64,000 bases of DNA from Sphingomonas sp. (GTDB lineage: Bacteria > Pseudomonadota > Alphaproteobacteria > Sphingomonadales > Sphingomonadaceae): contig NZ_JAGHZV010000004.1 of the NCBI RefSeq assembly GCF_017745215.1, positions 36,931 to 100,930 on the forward strand. Reading direction: 5' to 3'. The notes under the pieces are model-generated. The model was not told the origin of the DNA, made no database searches, and was given only the letters and a program-made list of their open reading frames with translations. Each line of letters starts with the position of its first letter. The first letter of the stretch is position 1. Of the stretch, positions 1 through 8,425 are shown piece by piece. The translations under genes and the position numbers were made by a program.

Positions 1-121
1 AATCCTCGCCCAGCGGCACTTCCTCCGGCATCCAGTGGATCTGCTGCTGGCGCTTCCAGAATTCATAGGCCCAGGGATATTCGAAGGGCTTATACTGTTT
101 GCGGGCCTCGAGAAGCGGCAT
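1..121 (-). CDS. nrdB: ribonucleotide-diphosphate reductase beta subunit (class Ia), N-terminal 40 codons only; gene continues off the left edge
   Basis: Reverse-complement of 1-121 reads MPLLEARKQYKPFEYPWAYEFWKRQQQIHWMPEEVPLGED, the typical NrdB N-terminus. AGGAG lies about 8 nt upstream of the ATG at 121. Confidence 0.75.
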   Translation of the reverse strand, partial: MPLLEARKQYKPFEYPWAYEFWKRQQQIHWMPEEVPLGED

Positions 122-141
122 GCGAGTTACTCCTGGACGAA

Positions 142-318
142 CTAGGGAATGACGAAGATCGGGATGCGGTGGAAGACGGCGATACTGCCGCCGAGGATCG
201 CGGCAAGCAGGCCCATCGAAGGGAGGTTGGCAGGATCGCGCGCCGGGATCGGCCCGCGGCCGGCATGGCCCCGAAGCGGCAGCATCATATGGATGCCTGT
301 GGGCGGCAGCGCCAGCAT
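142..318 (-). CDS. possible small membrane protein (hypothetical)
   Basis: Internal ATG of ORF 142..459(-), whose own first codon is TTG. High GC3 and a hydrophobic C-terminus (GLLAAILGGSIAVF). No recognisable family. Confidence 0.25.
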   Translation of the reverse strand: MLALPPTGIHMMLPLRGHAGRGPIPARDPANLPSMGLLAAILGGSIAVFHRIPIFVIP

Positions 319-991
319 CGCGAAGACGGCGACGAGGCTCGCGGCTGCACGCCGCGAATCCCGGTACGCCGGCGACCGGCGCCTCGAGGGTAACCCTCCG
401 CACGGTTCACGGTCGCGCCTCCGCACGCCCCACGGCAGGGGTGCGACGGTGCGAAACAAAGGCGGAACATGGCAACATGCTGGGGTAGGCTACGCCGATT
501 TACTACAAAGTCTAGAGTCGTGTCGGACTTGTCCACGACTTTCGGCAGGCTGTGCACGGGGCGCCCGGGCGGCTCGAGTTTCGCGACGGCCCGTGCCTGG
601 CGGGCGGCGGAATTGGGACGCCCGCGCGCGACGTGTTTCAGACGATACAAGGCAGAAACGAAGAGCGTCGCCGCAACGCCAAGAATTGCGATACAACAAA
701 CTCGTGTCACTCGGCGATGCCGTGAAGAAATATTGTGTCTGGAACTTCCGGATGCCATGCGATGGCAACAACCTATGTTAAGTGAAGATGAAACATGACG
801 CGAAGATTGAACTTGTATGACAAGGCTGCCGGACCGTGGGGGGCGCCTAGTTTCGGGACTCGATCGGTTTCGCGTTAACCTAAAGGGATGATTGACCCTT
901 CCTCAGGCGCCGTAGTAGTTTGCAGGAATCGTGCCGAGGGCATTGGGGGCCCGGGCGCGGGGGAGAAACTTCGGGGAGGCTTTTGGGGGCC

Positions 992-1945
992 ATGGGCGTG
1001 GGACTTCAGGATTTTGCCGAGCTTGTTCCGATCATCCCGATCGCGGATGCGCGGGCGCTCGGCGCGGGGCTCTGGGACGAGGAAGCGCTCGAGGCGCTGG
1101 CGACGCACGGCGCGGTGCTGCTGCGCGGGCCGGTGCTGCGCGAGGACGGCGTCGAGCTCGCGCTGTCGATCATCGACGAGGAACTGCTCGACGACGCCTT
1201 CTGGTCGACGCCGCGCAAGCGCGTGGGCGGCAAGACGCTGACCGCGACCGAATATCCCAGCCCGCGGACGATCCAGCTCCATTCGGAGATGGCCTATATG
1301 AACTCGTTCCCGCGCTTCCTGGCGTTCCACGCGCTCGAAGTGGCGGACGAGGGCGGGCAGACGACGATCTGCAACATCGAGAAGGTCACCGAGGCGCTCG
1401 GCGACCGGCTGCGCCCCTTCGCCGAGAAGGGCGTGACGTACCGCCGCACCTTCCAGAAGGGCATCGACATCGCCTGGCAGACCGCCTTCCAGACCGAGGA
1501 CAAGGCCGACGTCGAAAAGATCGCCGAGCGCAACGGCATGGAGCTCGAATGGCTCTCGGGCGATGCGCTGGTGACGCGGCACAAGGCGCAGGGCGTGATC
1601 ACCTCCGAGGACGGCCGGCCGATCATCTTCAACCAGGCGCATATCTTCCATGCCTCGAACCTCGATCCGCAAGCGCGCGAGGGGATCGAGAAGCTCTACG
1701 GCGCCGAGCGGCTGCCGCGCCACGCGCTCTACGGCGACGGCTCGGAAATCCCGCTCGAGGACATCCAGGCGGTCCAGCAGGCGTTCGAAAATCACCAGAC
1801 GGGCATGCATTGGCGCCCGGGCGACATTTTGATCATCGACAATATGCGCTATGCCCATGGCCGCATGCCGTTCAAGGGGACACGGCGGCTAACGGTTTCA
1901 ATGGCGAGAGAGGAAAAGCTCCCCGTCCGCACGGCGCTCTCCTGA
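992..1945 (+). CDS. Fe(II)/2-oxoglutarate dioxygenase, TauD/TfdA-clavaminate synthase-like (SyrP-like)
   Basis: ORF 920..1945, start taken at internal ATG (M25). Has the HSE facial-triad motif (LHSEMAY) and a distal IDNMRYAHGR His/Arg motif typical of this fold. Confidence 0.85.
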   Translation: MGVGLQDFAELVPIIPIADARALGAGLWDEEALEALATHGAVLLRGPVLREDGVELALSIIDEELLDDAFWSTPRKRVGGKTLTATEYPSPRTIQLHSEMAYMNSFPRFLAFHALEVADEGGQTTICNIEKVTEALGDRLRPFAEKGVTYRRTFQKGIDIAWQTAFQTEDKADVEKIAERNGMELEWLSGDALVTRHKAQGVITSEDGRPIIFNQAHIFHASNLDPQAREGIEKLYGAERLPRHALYGDGSEIPLEDIQAVQQAFENHQTGMHWRPGDILIIDNMRYAHGRMPFKGTRRLTVSMAREEKLPVRTALS

Positions 1946-2006
1946 GCGCTGCCTCTTGGGCCGCGGCGTCCGCCGCGGCTGGCCCGTTGGAAGGGAAGTG
2001 TCGCGC

Positions 2007-4640
2007 ATGCCCGTTGCCGCCGTTGGTCTTGTCGGGATCGAGAAAGTCTCCTCGATCGCGTACCTCGATGCGATCTTCGACTGTTACGAGCAGCGCCGGG
2101 TGGCCGTCCCGGTCGAGCCCGGCGGCAGCGCGCCCGAGGAGCATGAGTTCGCCGAGCGGCTGACGCCGGCGGCGGGCGGCGGCTGGTTCAAGCGCGCGCT
2201 CGCGCCGATCGTCGAGGACGGGCCGGCGCAGGTCAGCTTCAGCTCGGGCACCACGGGCACGCCCAAGGCAGTGCAGATCTCGCACCGCGCGCTCGCCGAC
2301 GTCACCCAGCGGCTGATCGAAGCGATGGCGATCGACGCGACGATCCGCGAATATGTCGGGGTGCCGGTCACCTACTCCTTCGGGCTGGCGCGCGCGCGCG
2401 TGACCGCGGCGGTGGGCGGCGAGGCCTATCTGCCGCCGCGCGGCTTCGATCCGATGGAATTCGCGGCGATGCTCGACGCGGGCGAAGTCAACGCGCTCTC
2501 CGCGGTGCCGACGCTGCTGCGCGTGCTGATCCAGAACCCCGACCTCATCGGCCGCAAGACCGGCCGCAAGCTGCAATGGCTCGAGATCGGCAGCCAGCCG
2601 ATGAGCGCCGAGGACAAGAAGGCGATCCGCCGGATGTTCCCCGCGGCGCGGATCGTGATGCACTATGGCCTGACCGAGGCCTCGCGCACCACCTTCCTCG
2701 ACGTGCAGGAAGCGACCGACGCGCAGCTCGAGACGGTGGGCAGGCCGACCGGCTCGGCCGAGGTGCGGATCGACGGCGCCGGGCGGATCTGCATCCGCGG
2801 GCCGCACGTCGCCGACGGGCTGCTCAAGCCCGAAGGGCTCGAGCCGATCGTCGACGGCGAGGGCTGGCTCGTCACCAACGACCTCGGCGAAGTCGACGCC
2901 GAGGGCTTCTTGCACTTCCTCGGCCGAGACGACCATCTGCTCAACGTCGGCGGGATCAAGGTGCCCGCCGAGCTGTTCGAGGCGCGGCTGGCGGCGCTGG
3001 TCGGCGCCGATGCCGCGCATGTCGCGGTGGCGGGGATCGAGGACGCACTCCGCGGCCAGGTGGTGATGGTGGCGCACCTCTCGAGCGTCGCGGTCGGGCC
3101 GTTGAGCGAGCACGCCCGCGCGACCGGCACGGGCTTCGGGCTCGCCGCGGCCGACGTGGTGCTGATCGAGGTCGACGCGATCCCGCGCACCGATACCGGC
3201 AAGGTCCAGCGCAAGCAGCTCGCCGAAGGGCGGACGGCGCCCGTGCGCGCGGCGGCACCTGCGCCTGTCGCCGAGGCCGCCGCGGCCGCTTCGCCGGCCG
3301 CCGCCATCCCCGCGGGGATGACCGCCAAGGAAGCCGAGATCGCGCGCATCTGGGGCGAAGCGCTCGGCGTTTCGTCGATCTCGCGCGACGACAGCTTCTT
3401 CGACATCGGCGGCGATTCGCTCTCGGCGATCACCGTGGCGCTGCGCGCCGAGCAGCACGGCATGCCCAAGGACGTGATGCAGCTCATGTTCGAGGGCCGC
3501 ACCGTCGCGCAGATCGCCGCGCTGATCGGCGGCGAGGCGCCCGCGGAAGGGCTCGAGCGCAGCCGCCGCGCGGTGCTCGCCGATGCGATCAACGCGACGC
3601 GCGGCGTGCTCGTGCTGATGGTGATCATGAACCATTGGTGGCACTTCTTCGTCGAGAAGATGGGCTCGGTCGGCCGGCACATCTATCCGGTCGGCCAGAT
3701 GCTGCTGCAGATGGGCACGCCGGGCTTCGCGATGGTGTTCGGTATCGGCGTGAGTTACTTCTACATGCCCGCGTTCGAGCGCTCGCCCGAACGGATCGGC
3801 AAGCGCGTGCGCGGCAACCTGATGGTGCTGGGCGTGGGGCTGCTGCTGCTCGCCGCGCTGCGCGCGGGGCGGCTCCAGGCCGACGGGCTCGGCTTCGGCG
3901 ACATCTGGCCCGAGCAGCTCTTCTTCTCGGTGGTGCTCAGCTATTTCCTGCTGATCCCGCTCATTCCGCTGATCCTGCGGCTGGTGCGGCTCACCCCGCG
4001 GACGATCCTCAACTGCCTGACGATGGGCGCGCTCGGCATCGCGCTGCTGCTCGGCTGCCAGGACTGGTTCGAGATCCACTACACCGGCTTCCTCAACCTC
4101 GCGCGGCTGATGGTGGTCTCGCCCTATTCGGTGCCGGCGATGCTCGGCGCGGTGGGGATCGGCATGGCGATCGGTCATTGGCTGCGCAGCAACCCCGACA
4201 ACCGCGACCTCAAGGGCCAGGCGGTGCAGACGGGCATCCTGCTCGCGATCGCGGGCGCGGTGTTCCTCGAGTTCACCGGCGGCTTCTGGGCGCATCCGCG
4301 CGGGCCGCACCTGTTCCTCTTCTACGCCGGGCTGCTGCTGATCGGCTTCACCTTCCTGTTGACGCTGATCGAGCGGGCGTGGCTGCCGCGGCTGCTGCGC
4401 GTGCTGATGCTGCTGGGGCTGCTCTCCTTCCCCGCCTTCATCGCGCACGAGCTGGTGATCCCCGCGAAGGACATCCTCCACTGGCTCGGCCTGCCGTACC
4501 CCGTCGCGCTCGGCGGCCCGCTGGCGCTGTTCATCGCGGGCACGGGCTACGCGATGCTACGGCTCAACCGGATCTACTTCGGCGGCGGCACCAAGACGCC
4601 GGATCGCGAAGTGCCGGCGGAGACGGTCGAGGCGTTCTAG
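2007..4640 (+). CDS. tri-domain protein: short adenylation (AMP-binding) domain, peptidyl/acyl carrier domain and membrane acyltransferase-3 domain
   Basis: ORF 1956..4640, start at M18. Adenylation motifs SSGTTGTPKAV, HYGLTE, GWLVTNDLG, GRDDHLLNVGGIKV and PRTDTGKVQRK. Carrier motif FFDIGGDSLSAI. The C-terminal ~370 aa are polytopic with an AT3-like RGVLVLMVIMNHWWH motif. Confidence 0.85.
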   Translation: MPVAAVGLVGIEKVSSIAYLDAIFDCYEQRRVAVPVEPGGSAPEEHEFAERLTPAAGGGWFKRALAPIVEDGPAQVSFSSGTTGTPKAVQISHRALADVTQRLIEAMAIDATIREYVGVPVTYSFGLARARVTAAVGGEAYLPPRGFDPMEFAAMLDAGEVNALSAVPTLLRVLIQNPDLIGRKTGRKLQWLEIGSQPMSAEDKKAIRRMFPAARIVMHYGLTEASRTTFLDVQEATDAQLETVGRPTGSAEVRIDGAGRICIRGPHVADGLLKPEGLEPIVDGEGWLVTNDLGEVDAEGFLHFLGRDDHLLNVGGIKVPAELFEARLAALVGADAAHVAVAGIEDALRGQVVMVAHLSSVAVGPLSEHARATGTGFGLAAADVVLIEVDAIPRTDTGKVQRKQLAEGRTAPVRAAAPAPVAEAAAAASPAAAIPAGMTAKEAEIARIWGEALGVSSISRDDSFFDIGGDSLSAITVALRAEQHGMPKDVMQLMFEGRTVAQIAALIGGEAPAEGLERSRRAVLADAINATRGVLVLMVIMNHWWHFFVEKMGSVGRHIYPVGQMLLQMGTPGFAMVFGIGVSYFYMPAFERSPERIGKRVRGNLMVLGVGLLLLAALRAGRLQADGLGFGDIWPEQLFFSVVLSYFLLIPLIPLILRLVRLTPRTILNCLTMGALGIALLLGCQDWFEIHYTGFLNLARLMVVSPYSVPAMLGAVGIGMAIGHWLRSNPDNRDLKGQAVQTGILLAIAGAVFLEFTGGFWAHPRGPHLFLFYAGLLLIGFTFLLTLIERAWLPRLLRVLMLLGLLSFPAFIAHELVIPAKDILHWLGLPYPVALGGPLALFIAGTGYAMLRLNRIYFGGGTKTPDREVPAETVEAF

Positions 4641-4837
4641 GCGGCGAGCGCGTACGCCACTGCAAAGCCGGTGCCCATGAAGCCGGCGGCGAACAGCATC
4701 ATGCCGATGATCCGGAGCGCATGGCCGCGCGGGTCGTGCTCGCCGGCGCGGAGCACGCCCGGGCGCGTGAGGATCGCCACGCCCGAGATCGCGACGACCG
4801 CGCCGATCGTCGCCTGGATCGCGAGCGCGCGCGTCAC
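4637..4837 (-). CDS. small two-TM membrane protein (hypothetical)
   Basis: GTG start overlaps the stop of the upstream lipoprotein gene (GGGGTGA). 66 aa with two hydrophobic segments. Part of ORF 4637..5050(-). Confidence 0.5.
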   Translation of the reverse strand: MTRALAIQATIGAVVAISGVAILTRPGVLRAGEHDPRGHALRIIGMMLFAAGFMGTGFAVAYALAA

Positions 4838-5172
4838 CCCTCGTTCTCGATGACGGTGCCGCGGGTGCGGTCGATCGTGCGCGTGCGGTAGACGACCTTC
4901 GGGCTCCGGTTGGCGCCGACGCCGAACACGACGATGCCGAGGAAGAAGCCGAAGTCGTACCAGCCGCCGTTGTTGGGCACGGCGTAGATGGCGACATCGG
5001 GCATCACCAGGCGCAGGAACCAGGCGACCGGGAAGATGAAGCCATGCCACAGCCCGAGCAGGAAGCCGGGCGCGTCGGGCTGGATCGGTAGGACCGGGGT
5101 GGTCGCTCGGTGCGCGCAGGCGGCGAGCAGCGTCAGCGCAGCGAAGGCGGCGAGAGTGCGGAGCGGCTTCAT
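4834..5172 (-). CDS. putative lipoprotein/membrane protein (hypothetical)
   Basis: Internal ATG (M40) of ORF 4834..5289(-) gives MKPLRTLAAFAALTLLAAC, a signal peptide with lipobox, followed by hydrophobic segments. Confidence 0.65.
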   Translation of the reverse strand: MKPLRTLAAFAALTLLAACAHRATTPVLPIQPDAPGFLLGLWHGFIFPVAWFLRLVMPDVAIYAVPNNGGWYDFGFFLGIVVFGVGANRSPKVVYRTRTIDRTRGTVIENEG

Positions 5173-5270
5173 GCGGGTATCCTCACGTATGAATGGGGTT
5201 TGGGCAATCGGCGATGCATCGTTCGGGCAGGTAAAACGTTCCATGTCCGAATCCAGCAGAGGAGCTTGCC

Positions 5271-5522
5271 ATGACCGACAGCAGCGCAATCCGTGAGCAT
5301 ATGGGCGTGATCGGCGCAGACGGCGTGCATCTCGGCACCGTCGACCGCGTCGAGGGCGACAAGATCATCCTCACCAAGTCCGACAGCCCCCAGGCCGAGG
5401 ACGGCCAAGGCGCGCGCCACCATTCGCTGCCGCTCGGGCTGGTGGCGGAAGTGGAAGGCGACGAGGTGCGGCTGAGCGCCACGGCCGCGACCGCGGCCGA
5501 AGTATTCGAGGAAGCGGAGTAA
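5271..5522 (+). CDS. DUF2171 domain protein
   Basis: 83-aa ORF with AGAGGAG RBS. The pattern IREHMGVIGADGVHLGTVDRVEGDKIILTK matches my recollection of DUF2171 proteins. Confidence 0.75.
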   Translation: MTDSSAIREHMGVIGADGVHLGTVDRVEGDKIILTKSDSPQAEDGQGARHHSLPLGLVAEVEGDEVRLSATAATAAEVFEEAE

Positions 5523-5543
5523 GGTTTCGCGCCTGTCCTCAGC

Positions 5544-5571
5544 CGTCATCCCGGTGGAAGCCGGGATGACG
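5544..5571. repeat. family-1 palindromic element, 28-nt core hairpin
   Basis: CGTCATCCCGG-TGGAAG-CCGGGATGACG. Confidence 0.8.
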
Positions 5572-5601
5572 ATCAAGAGCATCGGACTTCAACCCGGCCC
5601 C

Positions 5602-5635
5602 ATAAAAATCCCCCGGAGCCCTCGGCCCCGGGGGA
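5602..5635 (-). terminator. rho-independent terminator downstream of the UrcA-family gene
   Basis: GC-rich hairpin (CCCCGG...CCGGGG), followed on the minus strand by TTTTTAT. Confidence 0.6.
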
Positions 5636-5689
5636 AGGTTGAGCCTGTTCGGGCGGCCATGCGCCGGCGCCCGTCGGGGCCGGAACGGG

Positions 5690-5995
5690 TCAGCGGTTGG
5701 CGAGCTGGGTCCTTGCCCGCAGCGCGGCGACCTGGGGGGCGATCTGGCTCGCCACCTGCGCGCGGCACGCCTTGATCTGCAAATCCTCGCCGTCGCGCGC
5801 GGAGGCATAGGAACCGCAGACGCTCTCGGTCGCGGTGGCGATGCGGCGCTCGAGGCGGGCGGCGTCGCCGGGGCGGGCGAGGTCGAGGTCGGCGGTCTGG
5901 ATCGTCACCGAGGCCGCGGTCGGGTTGGTAGCAAGCGCCGGCGCGGCGGTGAGGAGCGCAGTGACGGCGGCGAGCGATGCGATCATCTTGGTCAT
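5690..5995 (-). CDS. UrcA family protein (secreted, unknown function)
   Basis: Internal ATG of ORF 5690..6493(-) with AAGGAG RBS. Signal peptide MTKMIASLAAVTALLTAAPALA. ADLDLARPGDAARLERRIATATESVCG pattern typical of UrcA proteins. Confidence 0.8.
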   Translation of the reverse strand: MTKMIASLAAVTALLTAAPALATNPTAASVTIQTADLDLARPGDAARLERRIATATESVCGSYASARDGEDLQIKACRAQVASQIAPQVAALRARTQLANR

Positions 5996-6182
5996 GGTAG
6001 GTTCTCCTTGCTCGTTTGCGTGTCCGTTTCCGGCGAGGTGGACGGCGTGTGCCGGACAGCCATTGGATCGCTCGAACGCCGCCTGATGGAGAGGATGAGG
6101 AAGTGATGATCGCCTGATGAAATGCCGATGATTCGCCGATAAAGGAGGGTCCCGGAGGGATTTGAGCGGGAATGGGCCCAGC

Positions 6183-7766
6183 ATGAGCACCGCGGCGCGG
6201 ATCGATCTCGCGCATGCCGAAGGCTTCCGCCTCGGCCGCATCGACGTGCGCCCGGCGCTGCGCACGCTGGCGCGCGACGACGGCGCGATCGACATCGTCG
6301 AGCCGCGCGTGATGCAGGTGCTCGTCGCGCTCGCCCGCGCGAACGGCACGATCGTCAGCCGCGACGATCTCTCGGAGTGCTGCTGGGAAGGCCGCGTGGT
6401 CGGCGACGATGCGATCAACCGGGTGATCTCGCGGCTGCGGCGCGCGGCCGAGGGGATCGGCGAGGGCAGCTTCCGGATCGAGACGGTGACCAAGGTCGGC
6501 TATCGGCTGGTGGTCGATGGCGGAGCGCCCGCCGCTTCACCGGAGACGGCAGCGTCGCCCGAGACCGCGGCGTTCGACCAGATCCGGCAGTTCCGGCGCG
6601 ATCGCCGCGCGATGCTGATCGGCAGCGGCGCCGCGATCACGCTCGCGGGCGGCTGGTGGGGCTGGCGGCGGCTCACCCGGCCGCAGCCCCCCACCACGCC
6701 CCCCGCCGACGTCGCTGCGCTGATGATGCAGGCGAGCGTCGCCGCGCAGCAGGGCACCGCGGAGGGCGCCAGCCAGTCGCTCGGGCTGCTCCGCCGCATC
6801 GTCGAGATCGAGCCGGGCTATGCCGACGGCTGGGGCTTCCTCGCGCTGGCCTATGCCGGCGCCTCGACCTCGGGACCGGCGCAGACGATCGCCGATTCGC
6901 GCACCCGGGCGAACGAGGCCATCGCCCGCGCCGAAGCGATCGATCCGGGCAACGCCTATGCGCGGCTTGCCCGGATCGCGATGATGCCGTCGCTCGGCCG
7001 CTGGGCCGAGCATGAGCGCGCGCTACGCGACGCGCTGGCGGTGCATCCGCGCAATCCGATCCTGATGGGCTCGCTCGCCGGGCTGCTGATCAGCACCGGC
7101 CGCTGCCGCGAATCGGCGGACCTCATCACCAGCGCGACCGCATCGGCGCCGCCGACGCCGGGGCTGGTCTACACGCGCGTGCAGGCATTGTGGGCGGCCC
7201 AGCGGCTCGACGAGGCCGACCGCGCGATGGAGAATGCCTTCTCGCTCTACCCCAGCCATTTCGCGGTGTGGTTCACGCGCTTCTATCTGCTGCTCTATTC
7301 GGGCCATCCCGAGCAGGCGCTGGCGATGAGCCGCAACGTCGAAGGCCGCCCCACCGGCATCCCCGAGCGCAACTTCACCAGCATCGAAGCGGTCGCCGAG
7401 GCGATGATCAGCCGCAGGCCGGCCGACGTCGACAAGGCGATCGCCACCAACCTCGCGCTGGCGAAGCAAGGCGCGGGCTTCGCCGAGAATTCGATGCAGT
7501 TCGCCAGCGCGCTCGGCCGGCTCGACACGGCGTTCGAGATCGCCGACGCTTATTATTTCGACCGCGGCTTCGCGATCGGCGACCTGCGCTACACGCTCGA
7601 GCAGCGCAGCTACACGCGCCGCGGCAACCGGCGCACCCAGTTCCTCTTCTACCCCTCGACCACCGCGATGCGCGGCGATCCGCGCTTCGAGACGCTCGTC
7701 GGCGAGCTCGGGCTCAAGGCCTATTGGGCGAAGGCCGGCGTGCTGCCGGACTATAAGAAGGGCTAG
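6183..7766 (+). CDS. membrane-anchored winged-helix (OmpR/CadC/ToxR-type) transcriptional regulator with periplasmic TPR-like domain
   Basis: N-terminal trans_reg_C-like domain (EPRVMQVLVALARANGTIVSRDDL...VTKVGYRLV), one TM segment (AMLIGSGAAITLAGGWWGW) and a helical-repeat C-terminus. Start could be TTG 6162 or ATG 6183. Confidence 0.8.
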   Translation: MSTAARIDLAHAEGFRLGRIDVRPALRTLARDDGAIDIVEPRVMQVLVALARANGTIVSRDDLSECCWEGRVVGDDAINRVISRLRRAAEGIGEGSFRIETVTKVGYRLVVDGGAPAASPETAASPETAAFDQIRQFRRDRRAMLIGSGAAITLAGGWWGWRRLTRPQPPTTPPADVAALMMQASVAAQQGTAEGASQSLGLLRRIVEIEPGYADGWGFLALAYAGASTSGPAQTIADSRTRANEAIARAEAIDPGNAYARLARIAMMPSLGRWAEHERALRDALAVHPRNPILMGSLAGLLISTGRCRESADLITSATASAPPTPGLVYTRVQALWAAQRLDEADRAMENAFSLYPSHFAVWFTRFYLLLYSGHPEQALAMSRNVEGRPTGIPERNFTSIEAVAEAMISRRPADVDKAIATNLALAKQGAGFAENSMQFASALGRLDTAFEIADAYYFDRGFAIGDLRYTLEQRSYTRRGNRRTQFLFYPSTTAMRGDPRFETLVGELGLKAYWAKAGVLPDYKKG

Positions 7767-7961
7767 GCCGTATTGGGTGTGCTGTCTAGATAACACAGTT
7801 TACACGGTTGACACCGACAATACGGAAAAACACCGTTCGACATGAACAGACGCGCGGCCGGCTCGGCAGGGTGATCGGCGGGATCGACGATGCGAAAGAG
7901 CAGTGCCAACTGCTCGCGCCGCAAATCCTATTTTGCAAGCGGGCCGAGGCCGGACTCAGCC

Positions 7962-8399
7962 TCAGGCCGCGATCCGCGCCACGCCGAGCCGCGGAATCTC
8001 GATCGCCGGGCAGCGGTCCATCACCACGTCGAGCCCCGCCGCCTCGGCGCGCGCGGCGGCGTCGGGGTTGATCACGCCGATCTGCAGCCACACTGCCTTG
8101 GCGCCGACCGCGATCGCGGCGTCGACGGCCTCGCCCGCGGCGAGCGGGCGGCGGAAGATGTCGACCATGTCGATCGGCCCGGCGATATCGCTGAGCTCGG
8201 CCACCACCGTCTCGCCGAGCAACGGCTGGCCGGCGAGCTGGGGGTTCACGGGGATGACGCGATAGCCGTGGCGCTGGAGCATGCGCATCACGCCATGGCT
8301 CGGCCGGTCGGGCCGGTCGGACGCGCCGACCAGCGCGATGGTGCGCACGCGCTCTAGCAGCGCCTTGATCTCGGGACCGGTTTCCAGCGTCATCGCCAT
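7962..8399 (-). CDS. CoA-binding domain protein (YccU/YneT-like)
   Basis: 145 aa from the internal ATG of ORF 7962..8648(-). Motif [19 protein letters not shown]...GYRVIPVNP is typical of the CoA_binding_2 family. Confidence 0.85.
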   Translation of the reverse strand: MAMTLETGPEIKALLERVRTIALVGASDRPDRPSHGVMRMLQRHGYRVIPVNPQLAGQPLLGETVVAELSDIAGPIDMVDIFRRPLAAGEAVDAAIAVGAKAVWLQIGVINPDAAARAEAAGLDVVMDRCPAIEIPRLGVARIAA

Positions 8400-8425
8400 C
8401 TCCTCTTCGCCCTGGAGATAGGAAC

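Noticed and set aside
142-620. Cobalamin riboswitch or paired NrdR boxes upstream of nrdB.
   Set aside because: I could not find a B12 box (GCCACTG-like core) or two properly spaced 16-bp NrdR palindromes. Only one half-site-like match exists (near 728), and it is about 600 nt from nrdB. An Infernal scan would be needed to settle this.
1872-4481. 869-aa minus-strand ORF antisense to the A-PCP-AT3 gene. Similar very long antisense ORFs occur at 18321-21983(-), 55654-61329(-), 61603-63909(-), 28903-30477(-), 29624-31381(-) and 43504-44145(+).
   Set aside because: Their translations are Arg/His/Gly/Ala/Asp-rich low-complexity strings with no motifs. In each case the opposite strand encodes a protein with clear domain signatures. 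Long open antisense frames are expected in GC-rich DNA.
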